A stretch of 61,143 nucleotides of DNA, counting the filler, from Hausera hauseri (Eukaryota), in assembly GCA_046269625.1 (NCBI GenBank). It is 12 parts of 12 records of this genome, joined end to end, with 100 filler letters (N's around TTAATTAATTAA, not from the genome) between each part and the next. Parts side by side here need not be neighbours in the genome. Positions count along the whole stretch, not along the records: positions 49,679 to 53,837 come from JBJURY010729101.1; positions 53,938 to 61,143 come from JBJURY010030781.1; 10 more parts are not named here. The stretch is one strand, 5' to 3'. Positions within the stretch are counted from its first letter, which is position 1. Each line of letters starts with the position of its first letter. A program made the translations under genes and the position numbers. Below the pieces are notes generated by a model that saw nothing but the letters and a program-made list of their open reading frames with translations, did no database searches and was not told where the DNA came from. Positions 51,047-61,143 of this stretch are shown piece after piece.

Positions 51047-53837
51047 GTTCCTTCCGAGTTATACAGTATCCTTTTTCATGGTTGTTCATTGCGTGTGATC
51101 CATACGCAATCACTCTCTCGCGCCCCAAACTATCCTTCTGTGATAGTACCGCTCCAATTGTGTCGAAGCTTGCGTCCGTATCGAGGATAAATTCTCTGTT
51201 GAAGTCAGGGAAACCTAGTATTGGCGGTGTGGCTAAGGCTCTTTTCATTGACTCGAAAGCCTTGTTACATTGCTCGGTCCATATTAGTTTCTTGTTATTC
51301 AATCCGCATAGTTGCTCCAATATCTTGGCTTTTGCTGCGTAACCTTGGATAAATCTTCTGTAATGGTTGCAGATCCCTAAGAAGCTTCTCAAATTCTTGA
51401 CACATTTTAGTTTCTCAAAGGACTTTATTGCTTCCAGTTTTGCTGGGTCTGTCTGTATCCCCTTGTCATTCACTATATGCCCTAAAAATTTTAATCCTTT
51501 CTTGAGGATGTGACATTTCTCGGGTTTTACTGTGAGATCTGCTTCCCTGATCTGCTGCAATACCTTTTATAGTATTCTATAATGCACTTCAAGAGTCTTG
51601 GAGAATATTAGTATATAACTAGATATACCACTGTTTGTTCAATGTTTTCTAGTACTTTATTCATTAGTTTGTTGAAGGCACCCGGAGCTGCTGCTATACC
51701 GAATGGCATCCTGTTGAAACAGAACTGCCATAATTTGGCTGAAAACGTCGTCTTTAATTTGGAGTCTTCCTCTACCTTGACTTGATAGTATGCATTCCCT
51801 AGGTCGATTGAAGTGAAAAACGTGGTCCCGTATAACCTGTCCAATATCTCTACCACGTTAGGCATGGGCAAGGCCTCCCGTTCTGTTATAAGATTCAGCT
51901 GTCTGAAGTCCAGGAATATTCTGACATCGTTCTTGTCTTTCTTCCGTACGCATATCATTGGTGTATTCCATGCTGAGTTACATGGCTTGATAATGTTGTT
52001 TTCCCATAGGTTTTGTATGGTCTTGTCGATCTTTCCTCTAGGTTTACTGGTTGCCTGTGAGGTTTGATATTATCGGCACTCTTGTCGTGTCTATTCGGTG
52101 TTTGATGAGAGATGTGCACCCTATGTCCCACTTGTCGGCCACGAATAATTATGGATATTTCTGTATAACATTGAGTAGCTCTTTGTTGTCACTGATCTGA
52201 AGAGCTTCCTTCGCCCTGTTGACTCGTTCTTGTTTTGTCACCTTACGACCGAACTTGGCTTCCTGGTTGCATATATCTTGCTATATCTTCCGTTTCCAAG
52301 CATTTCCATCCCAGTTCTATTCCGAACGCCTTTTGCAGGTCCACACCACCTATTATTTCTGGGCATAATTCCGACACTACCAGTAATGTTACACGTTTCC
52401 TTAGACCCTTGATTTCTACATCTGTTGTCAGTGTGCCCAGGCAATCTAAGAGGCTATTTTTCGCACATCGTAGTGTGGAATCTGATTTCTCTATATGTGT
52501 GTTTACATGTTTATCCACTGTCTTTTGCTCATGACGTTTACCCTGACCCCGTGTCCGACAAGCAATCATCCCATCTATCTTGTATCTTTAATTTGATTCC
52601 TGGTCGTCCATTAAACTTCTTCTATGATACCTGTTCGACATACAATTCTTCGAGCGTAAAGATCTGCGTATCGCTCCCACTTTCCTCCATTCCATTGAAG
52701 AACACTTACTGGAAATTTTCCGTTTTCATAAATTTCCGTACTTTTCCTGTGTCCTTTTATCCATTACTATATCTCCGTGTCCCCTTCTACTTGATCCGTC
52801 TATACTGTTTGATATACTACTACTATTATACATAACGATATTTTGGGAGACTGAATCTATTGTAGTGTTCCGATTTGCTCCATTTCTATCCCCCGTTTTC
52901 TGTACAGATTATCCCGAACCTTCTTTTCGCTTTGCATATATCCTACCCTGGTTGTCTTTTCCCCTCAAGCCTGGTGTAGCACTCCTTTTCAGCATGTCCC
53001 CTATTGTGACATCTCGCACAGCTAAGGTTTGTACAATATCGTCTGATGTGCCCTAGCTGACCACATCCGTAGCATCTTATTGGTTTTCTTTCGGGACACT
53101 GCCTGCTTATGTATCCTTGTTTTCCGCATCCAAAGCATTTAATTGGTCTCCATGTAGTGCAAGTTTTGCTCGTATGTCGTTCTTTCTGGCATGTCCAACA
53201 CATTAATTTGCTAATTTGGTGGTCTAATTGGCGTCATGTTGATTCCCTGAACTGGTTTCCTGATATTCTGTGCTGCCACTTCCTGGTAGCTTCTTCTACC
53301 GGACCCGGATACTCTTTGACCGTGTTAACTTCTGTCTTAATCTTTACTTCGTGTGTCTTCCGTATTTTCACATTTATGGTTTCCGCGTCTCGTTTGTAAC
53401 TGAGGCAAATTTCTCTTCTCATCTCTCTGTTTTTACGACATTGGAACAATAATTCCTCTTTTAAAACCTAGCGTAAAAGATTGTGCTTCATGACTTTATC
53501 TAGCAGTTTCTATATTTCTTCGAAGTAAGCCTCCGGTTCCGCTCCATTCATTCTGTACTCAAGCGCTTCTTTTAGATCTTCACACAGCGTTGAGGTCGGG
53601 CGCAATCCTTCCGTAGTCGGTTTAGGTATCCAGTTATCTTCGCATCTACTGCCTCGTATCTTTGTTGTTCTTCTTCATCCAAGAGGCATTCAACCATGAT
53701 TTCCCGTTTTGCTGCCGGGATGTTTATATATTTAAAAAAGTTTTCACATCCTTTAATGAACTTCTCCACGTCGTCGCCTTTCCTGAAATGGTTTGGTAAC
53801 AATTGATTCGCAAAAATGTCCACTGTGGAGTAAGTCG
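51047..53837 (-). mobile_element. Gypsy family-B element: gag with four CCHC knuckles, protease, RT, RNase H
   Basis: CWTCQKERHTSKTC/CFGCGKQGYISRQC/CYGCGQLGHIRRYC/CARCHNRGHAEKEC; LSDTG; DFRQLN, IDLGNAYYQ, RMPFG; LRSFLG, FILDTDAS, YCITRKEL. Confidence 0.9.
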
Positions 53838-53937
53838 NNNNNNNNNNNNNNNNNNNNNNNNNNNNNNNNNNNNNNNNNNNNTTAATTAATTAANNNNNNN
53901 NNNNNNNNNNNNNNNNNNNNNNNNNNNNNNNNNNNNN

Positions 53938-56900
53938 AGAAAAGAAAGGCACGTCTCTTAAGCTTACCAGGACAGGGAGAGGACCTTATGAAGTTACCAA
54001 TATTACGCCGGCCACAGTCTATATAAATAAAAACGGCAAGGAAGAGGTTATATCGATTCAAAGAGTAGTTAAAATGGAGATAAAACCCGCCAAACGTTAC
54101 AATTTGCGCTCGAGCAAAGCGGGTAAAGAAAAGAAAACGTCGACGATAGTGACCAGACCAGTATCATACGTGCGGATAATCCTTGCCTTATCGTTAATCG
54201 CTTCATATGTGCCGAAGGCAAAATCGATGACCGAGACTGAAAAATTACAATATGCAGCAAGACGGAAGGATATCCAAAACTTACAATCACTTTGAGTACA
54301 CGATATGGATTGGAGAAAACCATGTGCATGGCTCGAAACAAGCGAACCTATTCAGAGCCACGTAAAATTTCAAATAATATTTATAACCGGGAACACGATG
54401 AGAACGTGCGATTTTCCGTACGGAGTTCATAGGAGATGTTGTAATTTGGATTTTGGACAAGCCCACGGATACAGTTTTTAGAGGTTTTATTCCTATCAAT
54501 TTGGAGCTCAAGCCTACATAACTACGGAACTCTCAGTAAGAATGCCCCAACGAAAGGACGCAAATCAGGCTAAGACAGACAAAACAATTCTAAGCACGGA
54601 TCCATTTAAGAGGCTTTTAGATTACAACATTGTTGGGATTCACAAGGACTTGAAGAACCAGTGTATTTGAATTGATACCAAAATCCAACTGCCAGGAGAC
54701 AGAGAGATTTCTGTCCAATTTATACCCCTGAACACTTCGATTCCTAAACCAGAGTATTGTTATTTGGCCAGACGACGATCTACTGTGTGCTGTGTACTGC
54801 AACTAGGACAGGAATATCAGTTGCAACTAGACTTGTATAATACGTACCCCGGAGAGCAAAGTATCTATTTACGGGTATATCGCCCAAAAACGGAATATGA
54901 AAGCTTCCGTTTCCAACCACTACGGGAAGACCGTCTACTGCTCCGAGTACAACTTTCACTACTACGATCGTCACTTCGGACGAAATGCCAGTAAGCATAC
55001 CGGTTAAAATTTTGGCAAAAAGCGATAGAATTCTATTTTACGCTGAAGAGACGTTAAATCGAGACGTCAAAATTGAATGTCGCACCCTGCACACCAACCA
55101 AGTTGTGATCCTGAAAAAGAATAGTCAAGAAGCTAAATGTAAGTCCTTACGGCCACAACATGTCTATATAATCCAAATTACTGCGAGGGGTAAGAACCCT
55201 AAAACTTTTACAGTACGAACTCTTGGCAATAAAGTTGAAGTAATGCCATATAAAGTGTCAGTACTCAAAATGTGTTCACCACGGAAAGTTCTATTGAGCC
55301 GAGTAATTTACCGATAATAACTATGTTCAGTTTGTCAATTTTCGTTCTTGTCATAATAGCAGCAATGATTTTTCTAGTTCCCAAAAATTGTAATAAACGC
55401 TGTAAAAATCAAAATGGAGATAAATGGGTAAACGGGCACCGAGACGGACCTTATGATAGCATAACCTGATAACTACAGATCGGGTTAACCTATCATCAGA
55501 CATAAAAAATGTTTTGTTTCAAAACGATGATCTGTCTTAGGATTACTCTTTATTTTTATTTCAGCAGAGTAAGTATGACCGAGAAGGCAAAGAATTCATC
55601 AGTCAGTCCCAATTTCGATATCGATAATTTCTTGCAGAAGCACGTCGCTGTCCTTAAACCATTATCCAAAAATCTATACCGACAAATTGGAGAAAATCTG
55701 AAAACCCAGGCTATATAGAGTTCAACCAAGAGAGTAAAATGCCAAATGGGCTAAAATTGGGTTTAGAAGAGAATCGACTGGTCTGATTATATGCTATGAG
55801 AAATCCCAAGGATGCACGGGCATATATTTTAAGAGACCTGATTCCATATGAGCCGACACATAAGCAATTGTACATACATGTCGCTGATGGAGAAATTCAA
55901 CACAGGATCGTAGGACATTCCTGGAGTACTCAGAAGGGACAGCAATGTAAGTTTAGCACTTACGAGCTATGTTGTTATAGCCTCATGAATTATGCTCTGG
56001 AATTCAGGATCGCGGACCTTCCGACCAAAATCATGATCGAAATGACGTGGCGAACAGAAGTAATGAAGCCGCCACCACCGTTACTATATGTACAGAAGCC
56101 ATCGGAGGATGAGATAGAGCAAAATGGAGAATCTTACAGATTAGTTCCAGATGGCCGAAATACTCGGATATTGGCCGTAAACTATTGAGAAAAAAATGAT
56201 AAATGGTACTTTCCGATTGAGGTTTCCATCAGAAATGCTAATCGAGAGGAAATCATAAACAAAATAATAGCACCGCGGGCCAGAATAAAAGATACTTTTC
56301 CCGACGTTACTGGAATCACGAGGTCACAGCTCAAAAAGGGAAAAGTTTTTTGGAAATCCAAGAAGATATAAGCCATTGCTTATATGGATACGTGGTTACC
56401 GGATTTCGAGTGCACAAAGCACTGGAACGACTAGGAATTAGGCACGAATACATAGCCGGAATTCGAGAATTGAGCCGGAACCCAGCAATAGTGAGCCAAG
56501 TGGAAAATACATTGATGCGGAAAAGAGGTTGTCTGCTTCCGTCATCATCCCGCGAATCGCAATTTAAGATGATGCTAGAAGCCATGAGTGGCGATCGATT
56601 CAAATTTCCTAAGCTAATGACAGCAAGTCAAAGGACCACATTTATAAAAGATATCTATAACTCGTTACGATGGATTCACGAATGGAAACCCAAAAGTCCC
56701 ATACAGAATGCGATATCTGACAACAACCCCAAGGCACTAATACAGAAATTCCAAAAAGGGTTTAGTAAATACCCTAGTTATCGACAGATCGAAACCCGTG
56801 AACATAACCGATTCCGAATAACAGTCTATAATAACCAAACGGAAGTTCCAAGCAATCAACAGAAACCATCAACCAGTAAAGCCCAAGCAGAAGTGACAAT

Positions 56901-57996
56901 AAGAGCTGATAATTTAGAGAAACCGAAGAGTCAAAAGACAAAGACCTCTTTTCTGGACTACATTAACAAAAAAGAAGCAAGACCAGCAAAGGCCCTGCGA
57001 CAGATAACCTAATCCCGGAGAAACCCATAAATGATTAGAAATGAGTATGGAATGGAAAAACTGGAAAGAAGATAGAGAAAACTAACTAGAAATTATTAAG
57101 CCTAAAACCCTTAAAACGGAAGTTAACGTTCTTCAAAAGAACTGGGAAGAAGATACCCCAATTATCGTCACATAATTTGGCCAAGTAAAAAAATATAAAC
57201 GAATCCTCTTTATGGCCGAATACTACAGCAAAAGAAAAATCAAAGTGGCTATATTTTACGTATTTATTGCTCCAAGACGAATAGTGAGTGGAAACGGATA
57301 TGCCAGAGAAGATTACACTATCGGCATATACCTAGCTCCAATATTTCAATCAAAAAGTGAAACTAGCAGATTAACAATTCCCGTGGATACCCAAGTGAGG
57401 ATTCAACTAAAAAGACAGTACAAGAAGACTGGAGTACCAGATTTGGACAAATAAGAAATAGTCGAATGGACCTTAGTCGCAGTATCCGACGACCCAAAAA
57501 AAAGCTTAATAGACCCAAATCAAAAGAGGTTGTACGGATACTTATATCAAGATAAGAAAGGACTGGTATTTGAGAGAATAGAAGTTGACGAAGACCTTGT
57601 GGACATTGATGCGGCCGAAAAAGAAGAATGTCCCGTTTGTGACGCGGATCTTTATCAAGGCTTCGTAGCAATAGATAACAAGGATTGCAGTCATAAATAC
57701 TGCCGATATTGCTTGGAAACGTGGACCCTGAAAATGGGAAAACAACCTGCCCAGTATGCCGAGCCGAAGCTACAAGGCTAAGGTACTACTCGAATGGAGA
57801 GAACAAGAAAATAGTAGAGATATTTCCCGAACAAACCACTACATCCTATCACATTAATCAACAATCACCATCAAACAAAACAGATTCGGAAGCGGACTTA
57901 CGCGAACGAATGGACCAATTACACCGATTTCCCGGCACCTCTACTGACGCAATGGGCACATCCGAGAGTGCCGTTCAGGGAGGAGAAATGTTGTAG
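53938..57996 (+). pseudogene. Second, diverged and frameshifted integrase-FN3-TM-exonuclease-RING polyprotein
   Basis: GPYEV integrase tail; signal VRIILALSLIASYV; CCVLQLGQEYQL and CKSLRPQHVYII; TM ITMFSLSIFVLVIIAAMIFLV; IEVSIRNANREEIINKIIAPRARIKDTFPDVTGIT...GIREL; RING CPVC...CSHKYCRYC...CPVC. Confidence 0.75.
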
Positions 57997-58759
57997 AATG
58001 GCCATGAACCGTGAATTGTAAATATGTAAATTAAAACGAAACTGAAAAACGAAACCGAAACTAAAAGCGAAACTAATGTTTAACGTTAGAAATTGAAAAT
58101 TATTATTAATCAGAGAAGTTGTAGTGAAAATGTAAATATGAAAATACTTATTTGGAAAAGAAAATAGTTGAATATTGTACAAAATTTTGAAGAATCAATT
58201 TGTAAATAATAAATGTGAATTTATGCATGAAATTGCTTATGACTGCCGACTATATAAGGCAGTACCAAATCGGTTTATACGAACATTTTTTGAAGTTGAG
58301 TTGAATCGTATTGAGCTATTGGGAAAGCTCTGAAGATTGCAGAATTCAAATTTGTTCAAGCTATTGAAGTATTCTACAATATTCGAATCGTCCTCAAAAG
58401 ATTCTCAGTTCATTGTTAAAGACTTGAAACATTATTGATTGTTAATCCGACGACTGTATCGTCCGGTATATTTTTTTATTTGTTAATAAATTTGTATAGT
58501 AAAATTCTCTTATAGTTTTCCGTCGCTCCTTACGAGAGACTTGTACCACATTAAGGATTAAAATCATATTAAACTTTATAGTTAAGTTGAGAGTTTTGTA
58601 ATTTACGCAATCACTGCACGCAGTACACGCATCTTAAAATAGTGCAAACATTCTAACGAGAACGTTAGATCTTACCTGCTCAATAATATTATCTAAATTT
58701 TGCAATTTACTCATTGTTATAGTTGGGTGTTGGATAGGGCCCACCTTCAACTACTAACA
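57989..58759 (+). repeat. 3' LTR (~771 bp)
   Basis: PPT AGGGAGGAGAAA then TGTT...AACA; TATATAAG at ~58251; AATAAA at ~58485. The right end is inferred from the terminal 4-bp inverted repeat only. Confidence 0.6.
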
Positions 58760-58779
58760 TTTGGCCCAAGGCCCACTGA

Positions 58780-60520
58780 CCTCTAGGCAAATGTGTCAGC
58801 ATTTGCTTCAGATCATTATTTATGTGTGCTGGTAAGAGAGATATTTTTTTGCATCGTCCCAGTGCATTGTTGTTGCTAATGATTCATATTCACGTAAGAA
58901 ATCTTCTAATTATGATACTCATTTCTCGTAGGGTTGGAGGCAAGGAAGCGTTTGGTATTTCTCCTCCATGCGTCTTTCATTGTAATTTGGTTGTGCACAA
59001 GCGAAATTATTGTTGACGTCTCTTCTGACAAGCGGGTCAGTTTACTGTTCGACCAAACGGATCTCCGTTGTTCTGTTGTCGCACCATGTTCATTCTAACT
59101 GTATCGGATGTTTCGCAAGGTGTGGAACTCGGTTCTGTCGAAAGTTTGTTTGCCGGTCATATATCTTCTAATCGTTTGTTTAGCTGGTTCAGTAGTTCTT
59201 CTGGTCTTAAGTGTTCAAAACGTTCTATCAGTTGGTTTATATCTCTTAGCAAGATATCGATCTGGTATCTGGTAAGATTATGGTCTGCTTGTATCAATTC
59301 TTGTTCGTCCACTATGAATGCTACTCTATTTTGTATTTCGTTGATTCTCTGATTTATTTGTCTTTCATTGTCGTCTATTCGCAGCGATTTTCTAGTCAGT
59401 TCTTCATAAACTTGGATATTTTCTTGTTCCATGTTACGTATTCGTCTCGTACTGCCGTTTACTTTTTCAACGTGATTTGTTCTCTCTTCTAACTCGTCTA
59501 GTATTCTACTATTGTAATTACTTCTATTTAATTCTATTGCTATTGTATTTACTTCTACAAAACTGTCATCTAGATGAAGAGGAATCTTTTGTATTTCTTG
59601 AGTTAATTGTCGTATAGTACCGTTCATACAATTTTGCCTTATTCTTAGTTCATTCACATTTATTTGTTGTACTTCGTCTCGTGTTGTAGTTCTCACGACA
59701 TTGTAGTTCTTAATTAGCGGTTTTCTGTGTAAGTTGTCGGGAGTTAACGTTTTGGTATTGGCCTCGAGATGCCCGAAGATGGCCAATATCTCCTTGAGTC
59801 CAGTGGTGCTGGACTACGATGGGGCTAATTGAACTGATTAAGGGTTGGTTGTTTGTTGTTATCGATGTTTGTAATCCTTCTTGGGTATATGCTGTACTTA
59901 ATGCGTCTGAAATAGCAGCAGATCTAGCACTGCTACTGGAACTATTTTGGTCTGAGTTTATTTTATTTATTGCTGTTGGTCTATTTTGTGCTAAACGTCC
60001 TCTGGATTGAGTATTGTAGGGGCTTTCTTTTGTCATGATGATCAAAGGAGACTAAGGTAGTGTCCATTTTTATTGCCCATATATTGTACATGATGCGTCT
60101 TTTGGCAGTTCGCAAATATTAAACTTTAACAATGTTATATGTCCAGTAAGGCATGCTTTACAGTGGATTATATCTCACATGGTAAATGAATTATGTTTTG
60201 TTGATTCTGCTTCCATAATATACGCTTCCAAATCGTTCGCCTGATTGACGTACATTTTTCTTCTAATTCTCTCTTGCCCTTTTAGTGTTGCTATTAGGTA
60301 TTGAATATTTCAATAGTATTTGTTGTCCATTAGCTGTACTTGGTATATGTTGAAAACTATGATTGGTATTGATTCGTATTTAGGTTCTTCATTTGTTGTG
60401 ATAGCAACCATAGCCAAGTATTTGGAATATCCTAAGTTCACAATCTTATCGAGCAGTGTATTAGTATACAGTTTGTGCCATCTGTAAATCACGGTTGAAA
60501 ATTGGTCTTCTATGGTTATC
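58780..60520 (-). other. Degraded coiled-coil ORF region, probably the 5' ORF of another retroelement
   Basis: 209-aa heptad-rich ORF 59157-59786 with overlapping frameshifted ORFs. No diagnostic motif. Confidence 0.35.
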
Positions 60521-61143
60521 AACTAGGTTATCCATTTGTTGAGGTTAGCCAAGGTCATGCTGTTATTGTTGGCATTTACCAGATCTACAATCAGAATTCA
60601 ATTATTAGTTTGTCATGTAGTGCCTACATCTACATGAGTACTCGAGGTCGATAATATAAATATTTTGTCTTCTGGCATAGCTGAGAAAATAGATTTAACT
60701 ACATAAATCTGCTTTTTCCATGTTTTATTATATTGTGTTGAGAATACTGACATTCCGTCCACTGAATGTGTCACAACAAATGCATTATGATCTTTCAAGG
60801 AGCAAAGGTTTCCAGCTAGAAATCTGCTTTGCTCTGTACAAGGTTTCTCCATGACTTCACATTCCCCACACCATCCTTCTCCATGTGTTGCTAGACCTAA
60901 CTTCTTCCCCCAAGTGGATTCCACAACAAGGAACTTGTAATGCTGTAGCCAACTGTGTGTGTATGTATACCTTTTTTAACATAACAGTTTGAAGAATGTT
61001 TAAGATCTATGCATAAATCTGACTTCCTTACACAAAAAAACTGATCAATAAACTTGTTGTGCAATCAGTGACAACAGTTAGCAAAAGTGAAAGAAACATC
61101 AATATTAATAAATAATCAAATGTCAACAGTTTGCAGTATACAA

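Noticed and set aside
60613-60924. 103-aa ORF near the window end
   Set aside because: No recognisable family or gene structure.

Overview
AT-rich eukaryotic (metazoan, possibly flatworm-like; taxon is inferred) repeat-rich DNA made of 12 unlinked contigs joined by artificial 100-bp N-TTAATTAATTAA-N linkers. It contains RTE, mariner/Tc1, Polinton/adintovirus and several Ty3/Gypsy-type retroelement pieces, a 5-kb 15/30-bp minisatellite, a PLAC8-family CDS and a decayed intron-containing CDK12/13 gene. Three things stand out. (1) A Gypsy family ('family A') whose LTR appears to consist of two conserved ~100-130-bp GC-rich imperfect inverted repeats (X and Y) enclosing a copy-specific interior. 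The interiors hold sense-oriented, apparently intronless host gene fragments: CHD7-like, CDC5L plus UBR4, alpha-tubulin and unidentified pieces. This would be a 'pack-LTR' gene-capture system with no canonical tRNA PBS. (2) A Gypsy family whose integrase runs in frame into a signal peptide, FN3-like repeats, a Thr-rich stalk, a TM helix and an ISG20/REXO4-like (probably dead) exonuclease, with a RING finger in the second copy. (3) A retroelement polyprotein with a ubiquitin-like domain, an AT-hook and a chuvirus-like glycoprotein placed upstream of the aspartic protease. All family calls come from motif recognition by eye, not from database searches.
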